This document shows, piece by piece, positions 21,621-32,204 of a DNA stretch of 32,578 nt. Made by a program: the position numbers and the translations under genes. Below the pieces are notes generated by a model, which was given only the letters and a program-made list of their open reading frames with translations, was not told the origin of the DNA and made no database searches. The stretch's first letter is position 1; each line of letters opens with the position of its first letter. The stretch is from Octopus bimaculoides (taxonomy: Eukaryota). Location: NCBI RefSeq assembly GCF_001194135.2, contig NC_069008.1, positions 7,350,747 to 7,383,324 of the forward strand. The letters run 5' to 3'.

Positions 21621-22051
21621 CCAACTTGTCCCTTGCCTCTGTGAGGCCCAAGTTCTACATGAGAGGAGAAAAACTTTAGAGTAAATCAACATTATTTCAA
21701 GGTCAGGTATTAAAGAACATTAATGACATGTGATGAGATCAAAACCCAGGAATCTGGGCCTCACAGCTGGGATGACAATGTTTTAATGTCATCCCAGCTG
21801 TGATAATAATACCATCCAATTTACATTTATATTAAAAGTAACATTGACATTCAAGAATCAAGTTATAAATGAAAGAAATGATAAAATTATATAAATCTAA
21901 ACTAGAACAAGAATCATTTCCTTCATTATATATATACAGAATATAAAAGAAAATGATTATACAGAAAATACATGACAAAATGTATATAAGATGCAAAATA
22001 TACAAATCCTATTATGGTATACAATATTTTATTTTCTAGCTTTTTAATGTT

Positions 22052-22412
22052 ACTTGTTTTAGTCATTAGACTGCAGCGATGCTGGGGCACTGCCTTGAAG
22101 AATTCTTAGTCAAATGAATTGACCCCAGTACATTGTTTTTGTTAAACCTAGGCACTTGTTCTATCAGTTTCTTTTTCCCCCAAACCGCTAAGTTATGGGG
22201 TCGTAAACACACCAACACTGGTTGTTAAGCAGTGGTGGGGAACAAAGACACACACACTGGGCTTTTTTCAATTTCTGGCTACCATATCCACTCACAAGGC
22301 TTTGGTCAGCCCAAGGTTATAGAAGACACTTGCCCAAGGCACCACGCAGTGGGACTGAATCTGGAACCATGTAGTTGAGAAGCAAACTTCTTACTGCACA
22401 GTCACGCCTGCA
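22052..22412 (-). mobile_element. SINE family A copy
   Basis: TGTTTTAGTCATTAGACTGCAGCGATGCTGGGGCACTGCC ... GGGACTGAATCTGGAACCATGTAGTTGAGAAGCAAACTTCTTAC. Confidence 0.88.
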
Positions 22413-22925
22413 TTAATTTATTTGTAATATAACATCTATTTAGTGATGTTATCATTGATTTATGAAAGCACATTTCTCATCTATTTACCCACAATGTTAA
22501 ATAAATTAAGTCTTGTTTTGCCCTTCTGAAAATATGTTAAAGGAATATATATATAAATATATATGTCCTGCCCTAACTCTTCGAAACGCCAGTGTTTTAA
22601 TGGTGGCAGCTGATGAAGGAAATGTTCTCTATGTGGCCTGTGTGTTTTCTGTACCTTGTTTATCATTTTGTCCATGTTTTTTTGCAACGTCATATACCCA
22701 GATATGCATCTATATATATACATGTAGATGAAGGTATGTACATATATATGCATATACTCATATATTATTTATATATATATATATATTAGACTATTCTGAG
22801 AATATTTTTTATTAAAGAATGTTAGTGTTATGTTATCTCATCAATGCAGATATAGTTGTGATTCTATAAAACATACTGTTGGGAGATAAAAAGTGTATTA
22901 ACATAGTGTTATATTTTCCTACCGA

Positions 22926-23300
22926 GGAGGCGCAATGGCCCAGTGGTTAGGGCAGCGGACTCGCGGTCATAGGAACGTGGTTTTGATTCCCAGACCGGGC
23001 GTTGTGAGTGTTTATTGAGTGAAAACACCTAAAGCTCCACGAGGCAGGGGATGGTGGCAAACCCTGCTGTACTCTTTCACCACAACTTTCCCTCACTCTT
23101 ACTTCCTGTTTCTGTGCCTGTAATTCAAAGGGTCAGCCTTGTCATACTGTGTCACGCTGGATATCCCCGAGAACTACGTTAAGGGTACACGTGTCTGTGG
23201 AGTGCTCAGCCACTTGCATGTTAATTTCACGAGCAGGCTGTTCTGTTGATCGGATCAACTGGAACCCTCAACGTCGTAAGCGACGGAGTACCAGCAAAAA
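22926..23300 (+). mobile_element. tRNA-derived SINE, family D (single copy in the window)
   Basis: A box TGGCCCAGTGG (22936-22946), B-box-like GGTTTTGATTCCC (22979-22991), ~300 bp non-tRNA body, ends in an A-rich tail; CpG-rich. Confidence 0.75.
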
Positions 23301-23516
23301 CATCTTCCTACCAGCATGAATACATTTAAAGATATATGATTGTTTTACAATAAAATAAATTTGGATGATCAGAGTATTACAATACATACATATAAAATAG
23401 ATATGAATATTGATATCTATGAATAAATATGCACTTCCATGTGGGTAACTTGCTGCAGGGTTAATAAAATTCTAGAGTAACCAATGGGAAAATATCGATA
23501 TTCATTGCCTTAGTAG

Positions 23517-25934
23517 CAGTGGCAGCTCGTGTATAGGCACTGTGGAACTGCAGCACCCACTATTTTCACTCAATATTATCAATAACATTCAATATGAGTC
23601 TTATTTTCTTTAATTCTTTCTGTATATTTGTACATTTGCACATGCACACATGTATGAGGAAAGAGGCTGCAAACTGGTTAGAGAGAGCACTGTTGCTCAT
23701 GCAGTGCTGACCCTGTTGTCTAAGTGTAAGGTAGTGTCTATTTTTGACTCAGCATGTGTTGTGCCTGAAAACCATGTACCATATTCTTGAATTTGATCAA
23801 TTGTAAATGATTATCATGTTTCTGCTTATTCTAATATAAGTTCTGTGACAGTAAGTGAACTTCAACAGCTTAGGTTTCTAAGAAAGGAGGTCATTCAACG
23901 CCTGGTATCCAAATATCTTGGCCAGGAATAAGCAACAAGAGGTATATTTGTAGTTTGAATTCTGAATGGCATCAACTGAAGAGTTGGCTCTACGTCTGTA
24001 AATTGAAAAATGAATTGTTTTGCTTCCTGTGTCTGCAGCATGGAGGTGATGTAACTTGGACAAAAGACGGTTTGAGAAATATAAAAATGAAAGTAAAAGA
24101 CAAAAAAAACATGATAAGTCAAAGAAGCAAGTTGAAAATGTGGTTCCACTGTCACTTTTAGGAAACGCAAATATTAAAAAGAAACTTAGAGAGGCATACA
24201 GACTTGCAATCAATAAGCACAACATGAAGGATAAAAAGAACCATGAAATTTTATCCAAAATAATAAATTGTATTTTATTTTGAGGAAACTTTCAAACTCC
24301 CTTACATGAACATGATGAAAAAGATGATTCAGTAAATCCAGGGGTATTTAGAGGATTAATAAATTTTGCATCTAAATTAGATCCAGATTTGAAGAATCAC
24401 TTAGAAACAAAGGTATTTCTATAACCATTCAGAATGAGTCACTTGACTTCCTGCGACAAATATGCCAGGAGTTTTGTAGCCAACATGGCTGATAACACGT
24501 TTTGAAACACACTCAAATGGTCATTGTTCTATAGTACGTGCTGAATGAAGAAATATTTGAGTGTTTTGGGGGATTCTTTATTCCAGAAAATCAAACTGCA
24601 GATGGCATAGATCAATTAGAAATAATCCTTCAAGGAAATGGACAAAAACCTGATAGCTCAGACATTTGATGGTACAAATGTCATGAAAGGCAAAAAAGCA
24701 GGAGTTCAAGCAAAAATAGAAGCAGTTTATAATAATGCACATTTCATTCACTCTTATGTACATCAACTTAATAATGGGGAATGCAGCAAGTATTGCACAG
24801 AATGCAAGAATAGTTTTCTCTAACATTTTGGCTATTCCAACATTCTTCTCAAGATCACCATAACATGTATCCATTCTCAAGAAGCATATGGATGTCAGCA
24901 TTCCACGTTCATATTCTACAAGGAGAAACTTTAACATATGGACCATGAACAGAATTCATGAAAATTTGCAGCCTTTAAAAAGCTACCTTACTGAAATTCA
25001 TTCATCAAATACAGGTTAAGCCATTATAGAAGCAACAGGAATTTTAAAATACCTGAATGATAATAATTTCATCTTTTGGTTAGAGCTTTTTCATCAGATT
25101 ATGCCTCGTGTTGAAGTCATTTTCAGCCAAATTTAGAGCAATCTCAAAAAATTAGTGTAGTTGAAGTCAATGAATATATGACAAATTTCAAAACTGCTAT
25201 TTACGAAATAAGGAACTCAGGGTACTGTGAGAATCCTTCAAGCAAAGGAAGTGTGTGACTGCAGATGTGTTGATATAATGGACAGATATTCTTCCACTAA
25301 ACACTTAGTAGCTGCTAAATTGTTCAACAAGAAAAGCTTCACTAGTTTTAAGAATGAAACGCCTACAGAAGAGATAGTACTGACCACTGAAAGATATCCC
25401 ATGATTGACAAAGAAAAGCTTGAAACCGAACTGAAAATATTTTATTGTAGATCCGATATGCATGAATATTGAAAATTAATTGAGCTGCTGAAATTTATCT
25501 AGGAAAATAACCTGGATGGTGTTCTTAGTGAAATTATGAAATAAATAAAATCCTCTTGACAATTTCCATGACTGCATCAGATGCAGAATGCTGCTTTTCA
25601 ACACTGAAAAGAATAAAATCTTTTCTAAGGAGCACTATGAACGCTGAAAGACTAAATGTACTTGCAGTGCTTTCAATGGAGAAAAATTTCCTCAACAGTC
25701 ATCCAGGGACCAAGGAAAAAATTATTAACCTTCTCACTCAAAGTAAAACAAGAAGAGCAGATTTCAGTTTTAAATGAATGGATGAATCTTGAGCTGTAAC
25801 AATTTATTATTAAGTATAAAATAATTTCATTTTATCAAGTTTATGTATAAATTTTCTTTTTATATATGTTTCGTTTTACACAATATTAAAACAATGGCTG
25901 AAAAATTTTCTGAATCAGCCACAAGCCACCACTG
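23517..25934 (+). mobile_element. Full-length decayed hAT DNA transposon (TTF-type zinc finger, DUF4371-like region, hAT dimerisation domain)
   Basis: 15-bp TIRs CAGTGGCAGCTCGTG (23517-23531) and reverse complement CAGTGGTGGCTTGTG (25920-25934). Transposase relics in several frames: WLY...LFCFLCLQHGGDVTWTKDG; HEILSKIINCILF; AQTFDGTNVMKGKKAGVQAKI; AECCFSTLKRIKSFLRSTMNAERLNVLAVLSME. Many stops and frameshifts. The 8-bp TSD is not recognisable. Confidence 0.9.
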
Positions 25935-26026
25935 ATTATCAATTATATTAACAAAACTGGAAGGATAAATTAAATAGTAGACCTGCTGTGGTTTATTTCC
26001 CACAAACCAGATTGACATTGAAACAG

Positions 26027-26878
26027 TTACTCTTTGGTATGAATACCAGAATGTCTAATTAAATGACACTTTTGAGAGAATGATTTACCACAGATATCAC
26101 AATGATATGGTTTTTCTCCTGTATGAATACGTGTGTGTTTAGTTAAATTACTTGACATAGAGAATGATTTACCACAGATGTCACAGTTATATGGTTTCTC
26201 TCCTGTATGAATGAGTTTGTGAGTATTTAAGTGATGATTTGTTGAGAATGACTTATCACAGATATCACAGTGATATGGCTTCAATCCTGTGTGAATGTAT
26301 TTATGAGCAGTTAAGTTAGCATTTCCAGAGAATGATTTACCACAGATATCACAGTGATATGCCTTCTCTCCTGTATGTATGCGATAGTGTCTAGCTAAGT
26401 TATTAGTTTGAGAGAATGATTTACCACAAATATTGCAGCGATATGGTTTCTCTCCTGTATGAATGCGTATGTGTTTAGTTAAGTCATTACTCCCATAGAA
26501 TGATTTAGCACAAATGTCACACCGGTATGTTTTCTCTGAAGTATGAATACATTTGTGAGTTGTGAGGTTACCTTCTTCAGAAAACGACTTACCACAGATA
26601 TTACAGTGATATGGTTTCTCTTCTGTATGAATGCGTACATGTTTAGTTAAATCATTAATGCTACAGAAACATGTCGCACATATATCACATTCATATCGTT
26701 TCTCTACAGTATTAATACATTTGTGAGCTGTAAGGTTACTTTCTTCAGAAAATGATCTATCACAGATATTACAGTGATATGGTATTGTTTCCTTCTCTTT
26801 TTTTATATCATCAGGAAAACCAATTCTTTCAGACTGCATGTTACATTCAACTTTGTCTCCACATGATTCATTTTCCAT
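26027..26878 (-). CDS. C2H2 zinc finger protein, 283 aa from the ATG at 26878: 33-aa leader + 9 fingers (finger 1 has His->Asn)
   Basis: The ORF-track start at 26896 is TTG; the first ATG is 26878 (MENES), supported by alignment to the leader of ZNF 13129-13899. In-frame stop upstream at 26909-26911. Strong acceptor GTTTCTCTCTTATTTCAG with AG at 27133-27132. AATAAA (minus strand) at 25992-25997. Confidence 0.94.
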   Translation of the reverse strand: MENESCGDKVECNMQSERIGFPDDIKKEKETIPYHCNICDRSFSEESNLTAHKCINTVEKRYECDICATCFCSINDLTKHVRIHTEEKPYHCNICGKSFSEEGNLTTHKCIHTSEKTYRCDICAKSFYGSNDLTKHIRIHTGEKPYRCNICGKSFSQTNNLARHYRIHTGEKAYHCDICGKSFSGNANLTAHKYIHTGLKPYHCDICDKSFSTNHHLNTHKLIHTGEKPYNCDICGKSFSMSSNLTKHTRIHTGEKPYHCDICGKSFSQKCHLIRHSGIHTKE

Positions 26879-27174
26879 GTTTTTCTCTATCTCCAAAATA
26901 AACAGATGTTATTTCTTCTCTCTTATTTTAACTGCTATATTCACATCAACTGTGTTTGTTGCTGATGTCTGATGGTGTAAACTTCTTTGTAACCCAAGTT
27001 CAGAACTATTTCACTGTAATTCACAACAGATTTGTATGAACAGGGTTTTATGTAAGTTGTGGTCTAAAAATTTTTAGTCTTAAAAAGATGAGAAATATTG
27101 ATGTTCTTTAATGCCAATGTCAGCTGATTTTCTGAAATAAGAGAGAAACAACAATATAGGATGTAATAAATATA

Positions 27175-28161
27175 GAGAAGTTTCAGGTGTGGAAACAAGG
27201 ATTAGAATCGAAGGGCTTTAAAGTCAACCTAGCTAAAATCAAAGTCCTAATAAGTAGGAAGGCAGACAAACCACAAATCCCTTCAGGTAGATGGCCCTGC
27301 TTGATCTGTAGAAAAGGTATGGGTAGAAACTCTATAAGATGTACTCAGTGTAAGCTATGGACACATAAGAGGGGCAGCAATATCAAAGGAAGGCTAACTG
27401 GGAAGATAGTTTTTGTATGTGGCAGATGCTCAGGAGCAATAAACACTGAAAATGTGCAGATTACAACTTCTGCCACATTCCAGGGAGAAAAACTAGAAGC
27501 AGTTGATAGCTTCCGTTATCTAGGTGACCAAGTCAGTAGTGGGGGAGGGTGCGCTGAAAGTGAGACCATGACCCGTGGCCTATGCCAGGGGTGTAACCAG
27601 CCCACTTATGTGTACTTTTCCTTCATTGGACACTAAACTCTGCTTGCAAAGACCTGTTGAGGCAAGTGAAATTGAAATCAAATCAAATTTGCAAATTCAA
27701 TGACTGGCACCCGTGCCAGTGGAGCACTAAGAGCACTATCCGAGCTTGATCGCTGCCAGAGCAGCTAACTGGCTTCCATGCCGGTGGCATGTAAAAAGCA
27801 CCATTCAAAACGTGATCGTTACCAGCGTCGCCTTACTGGCACTTGTGCGGGTGGGACGTGAAAAAACATTCAAGCGAGTTTGTTGCCAGTGCTGCTAGAC
27901 TGGCTCCTGTGCAGGTGGCACGTAAAAAACACCACTTGAGCGTGGCCGTTGCCAGTACCGCCTGACTGGCCCTCATGCCTGTAGCACGTAAAAGCACCCA
28001 CTACACTCTCAGAGTGGTTGGCGTTAGGAAGAGCATCCATCTGTAGAAACTCTGCCAGATCAGATTGGGGCCTGGTGCAGCCATCTGGTTCGCCAGTCCT
28101 CAGTCAAATCGTCCAATCCATGCTAGCATGGAAAGCGGAGGTTAAACGATGATGATGATGA
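27175..28161 (+). mobile_element. Internally deleted RTE-clade LINE: ORF2 RT fragment with an embedded PHD finger, joined to a complete 3' UTR and (GAT)n tail
   Basis: EKFQVWKQGLESKGFKVNLAKIKV...[C4HC3 finger]...LEAVDSFRYLGDQVSSGGGCAES. At ~27560 it jumps to AAGTGAGACC (the ORF2 stop context), then tandem GGCACGTAAAAAGCACC-type subrepeats and ...GGAAAGCGGAGGTTAAACGATGATGATGATG. Confidence 0.9.
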
Positions 28162-28427
28162 AATACTGAAGAATTAGAGATACAACATTGGAAATTTTAG
28201 TACATATCTATAATAAGTAGTTTTGGTATAAAATCAGTCACATCCACACTGATCCACATCTGGACACAGTAAGCTGATACACATATTTTAAGGTTGTAAA
28301 TAACGTACTTAAATAATAGAATTGTGAATACTTCAAAGATATTGTAATTATATACAAGGGAAAACATAAAAACACAGGATATAGATATACCTAATATATA
28401 ATTTAATGAGATAAGTAGAGGATTTGG

Positions 28428-28922
28428 CCGAATCCTGGCTTAAGCACCCCCATAACTGTTTTATTTTTTGGAATTTTCAGAAAATTTTTGCGAATTTGTT
28501 CTACACACAGGAATTTACATGATTATGCAAATAATCATAAATCCTAAAAGTCCTACTCTTTGTCGAATTTTTTTTTTAATCAGTTGAAAATACTGACACT
28601 CTTAATTTTTTTGCTTAAATCCCAGCAATGGATCACCCTTGGGTGCATCATTATTCCATTAAATGTGTTTATGGGGGAGAAAATATTGAATAAACTTCAA
28701 AAGATGTCAGAGTACCAAAGAAACGAGGAAGGTATTATGTGTTCGTGAGATATGCTAAAAACAACAGCTAAATCGTGAAAAACAAAAGCAACAACTAAAT
28801 TTTTTTCTTGCATAATCGTATGAATTCCCATGTGTAGAACACAAATTCGCAAAAACTTTGCGAAAATTCAAAAAAATAAAGTTATGATGAGTTATATGGG
28901 ATGCTTAAACTAGAATTCCGCC
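28428..28922. mobile_element. MITE-like element with ~110-bp imperfect terminal inverted repeats
   Basis: 28428-28534 (...TTAAGCACCCC...TTTATTTTTTGGAATTTTC...TTTTTGCGAATTTGTTCTACAC...GATTATGCAA) mirrors 28804-28922; no ORF. Confidence 0.8.
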
Positions 28923-29916
28923 GAGGATTTTACTCCCACAGCCCAATAAAATTTGGTAGTGCCAGTAGAATTGTCGAAATTGACAGTGTTTTCACATCGG
29001 AAATAAAACAGAATGTACCTCGAACAGTGTCTTTATCAGTATGTATTGTGAAGTTATTTTCGTAGTGCCTTTTCAGGATTGTAACACTGAAGATGCATTT
29101 AAAAATTGATTCTGCTGGGAACAATGACGGACGGAGATCGCATACATTTCCCACAAATAATTTGAGTAATCAACAGCTATAGTACTACTGATTTCTCCCC
29201 ACAAAACCGGATTGTAGTCAGCTCTTTCACCCGTCAACACAAAAACAGAAGTAAACTCTCAAGGTAAAGGCCGCCCTTCTATGACTGCTTCTAAATAGTT
29301 GTAGATCGAAGTTAAGAGAAAGGATCTAGAATAAACTTGCTGATTTGTTTTGTTATTGTTTAAATCAGTTTAATCTGATTTCGAACAACGTCATCAAAAC
29401 ATTTGTACATATCGATAAGAGAAAAAACAAAGAAAAAAACTATGGTCACCGAGAATTCAATAGTGCCAACAAAAGTTTATATTAACAGATATATTTTCAT
29501 CATAGATTAACTCTGTAATACTTACGGAAATGTTTTATAAAGGACATTATTAACAACAATGCGTGGTACGGGGCTGCGAGACCAATTTCACAAAAAGTGA
29601 CACAAATGTTGGAAAAGATTGTGGATTGTGTTACAAATTATCAGATTATACACCCACCCATACACACACGTGTGTGTGTGTATATCTATATATATATATA
29701 TAGTTGCAGAGAGGTTATGGGCATCTGGCCTTTTGAGGCTGACGTGTCGCCTATACAGCTCAGCGCTTTATAGGTGCGAAATCAAATGGTCACTCTATGG
29801 ACCGGCCATAACAATCAACTGTCATAATATTTTATATATGAGGTTATTCGGTAACATAATTCACAACAATTCCAATTTGATTGATAATCTTAAACAATAC
29901 AACGTTCGATAGGATT

Positions 29917-30056
29917 CTTACCTTGTCAAAATTAAATTTTAAAGTTGCTGATATTTGATAACGTGTAAAGTTGAAAGTCGATGAGGCCCAAAACGTCAAC
30001 AACACAGGGCTGAAGATACACAACGGAAGAGGGGAATCGGTGGTACTGCGCATGCG
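29917..30056 (-). promoter_or_regulatory. Candidate promoter, leader exon and splice donor for ZNF 26027-26878
   Basis: Minus-strand AAG|GTAAGA donor (exon ends at 29922); NRF1-type TGCGCATGCG at 30047-30056; ETS-like CGGAAG at 30023-30028; CpG-rich patch. Confidence 0.5.
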
Positions 30057-30160
30057 TATCTAATATTTAATATATGTAAGGGAAGACAATTCTTAGCTTT
30101 CATTACCTAACTTTAGTTTCAGTATATTGGTGAAGACTGTAAAATGTATTTTGTTTGTTA

Positions 30161-30313
30161 AGGCGGTGAGCTGGCAAAATGGTTAAGTTACCGTGCTAAG
30201 CGGTATTTCGTCTGTTTTACGTTCTGAGTTCAAATTCTACCGAGGTCGACTTGCATCCTTTCAGGGTCGATAAAATAAGTACCAGTTACGCACTGGTCGA
30301 TATAATTTACTGG
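30161..30313 (+). mobile_element. SINE family C copy
   Basis: GGCGGTGAGCTGGCAAAAT...TTCTGAGTTCAAATTCTACCGAGGTCGAC...GGGTCGATAAAATAAGTACCAGTT. Confidence 0.85.
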
Positions 30314-31375
30314 CTCACATGCTAGAAATAACAGTCAAATCTCACAAAACTGCGATAACATAATGAAAGAAATATGTAATCAATCTAAAATTTGGATAAA
30401 TTTTTTTTCTTTTTTTTGAAAAATTGAAATTTTTCAAACCATTTTTGGTAAATTACGACTATCACTAAAAAAAAAAAAATCGGATTTTTTTTTTTTTTTN
30501 NNNNNNNNNNNNNNNNNNNNNNNNNNNNNNNNNNNNNNNNNNNNNNNNNNNNNNNNNNNNNNNNNNNNNNNNNNNNNNNNNNNNNNNNNNNNNNNNNNNN
30601 NNNNNNNNNNNNNNNNNNNNNNNNNNNNNNNNNNNNNNNNNNNNNNNNNNNNNNNNNNNNNNNNNNNNNNNNNNNNNNNNNNNNNNNNNNNNNNNNNNNN
30701 NNNNNNNNNNNNNNNNNNNNNNNNNNNNNNNNNNNNNNNNNNNNNNNNNNNNNNNNNNNNNNNNNNNNNNNNNNNNNNNNNNNNNNNNNNNNNNNNNNNN
30801 NNNNNNNNNNNNNNNNNNNNNNNNNNNNNNNNNNNNNNNNNNNNNNNNNNNNNNNNNNNNNNNNNNNNNNNNNNNNNNNNNNNNNNNNNNNNNNNNNNNN
30901 NNNNNNNNNNNNNNNNNNNNNNNNNNNNNNNNNNNNNNNNNNNNNNNNNNNNNNNNNNNNNNNNNNNNNNNNNNNNNNNNNNNNNNNNNNNNNNNNNNNN
31001 NNNNNNNNNNNNNNNNNNNNNNNNNNNNNNNNNNNNNNNNNNNNNNNNNNNNNNNNNNNNNNNNNNNNNNNNNNNNNNNNNNNNNNNNNNNNNNNNNNNN
31101 NNNNNNNNNNNNNNNNNNNNNNNNNNNNNNNNNNNNNNNNNNNNNNNNNNNNNNNNNNNNNNNNNNNNNNNNNNNNNNNNNGTTTTTTGCGAAAAAAATT
31201 TCCGGAAAAAGTGAAAAATGAAGAAATGGGGGAAGGGGGTGGGTGAAGTCAAATTTTGAAGTTGCAATTTTTGAAAAATTGTTTTCAGAATCGGAATCTT
31301 AAAACATGGGATTCCGTAAAAAAAAAAAAAATTAAAGGGGGGGGGGGAGGTTTCATTTACATCGCAATGTGAGCC

Positions 31376-31489
31376 GTCAACTTTGCCTATCAGGGTCGAT
31401 AAAATAAGTACCAGTTGAGCACTGGGTCATTGTAATCGATTCACCACTTCCCCGAAATTGCTGGCCTTGTGCCAAAATTTGAAACCAAA
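31376..31489 (+). mobile_element. SINE family C 3' half
   Basis: GTCAACTTTGCC...GGGTCGATAAAATAAGTACCAGTTGAGCACTGGG...GGCCTTGTGCCAAAATTTGAAACC. Confidence 0.8.
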
Positions 31490-32204
31490 ATATTGTATTT
31501 TCTTATGTGGTTGAATAAAGTCTGTGTTATTACAAATCATTCTCATGTTTTCAAATAATATAAACAATACAACTATGTATTTATAACAACTGTCTCAGTT
31601 AATTCTTCCCCTATCTGAGACTGTTTCCCAGGCAGTAAATTAGTGATGATTACTACTTCTACTGAGTTTTCAGAAATAACCCAATAGGTTTACCATTAAT
31701 TCCGTGAAATATTCATGGCTCCTGCTAATAAGCAGTTGGATTAGTGTTTATTGGCTCACTAGTTTATATTACATTGTTACCGAGATCAGTAAACAATGCT
31801 AAATCTGAGATATGAGGTGGAGACATTTCAGCATCTGCCAGCCTTTCGGAGGTGCTTTCCTTATGTTGGCAACTTACCTGACCATTATATTTTAGTCATA
31901 CAGAATGTAAACATACACTTATTTCCTATCTCATCAATGAAGCGTGAGCCATTTAGTTGATCTGTCATACTGTCTCGAAGTGTATGTTCCAGCCATTTTA
32001 CCCAATGAGACAACATTGCTTTTCATCCTTTGGTGTTGAAATAAATGTACTTTCTGAGTCACAAATATTGTCAGTTTTCCTGAAATGCTTGTACGTGGAC
32101 ACAATATAAAAAGCAGGTTCTCTGTGGTCTTGGTGGAGGCCAAAAACGTAACAAATATTTAGCACATATGGCTAAATATTTTTACATATTTTTATATTTT
32201 TTTC

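Noticed and set aside
22926-23000. tRNA gene (likewise the heads of SINE families A and C)
   Set aside because: A/B boxes are present but I cannot fold a full cloverleaf, and each head continues into a SINE body
23878-25777. Domesticated hAT-derived host gene (ZBED/ZMYM-like)
   Set aside because: Many stops and frameshifts and retained TIRs indicate a dead transposon
30380-31340. Unusual homopolymer-rich sequence flanking the large gap
   Set aside because: Looks like low-quality sequence at contig ends; not interpretable
31560-32150. Possible exon(s) of another minus-strand gene (perfect CAG|GTAAGT donor at 31878)
   Set aside because: No sustained open frame or recognisable domain; a lone donor motif is insufficient
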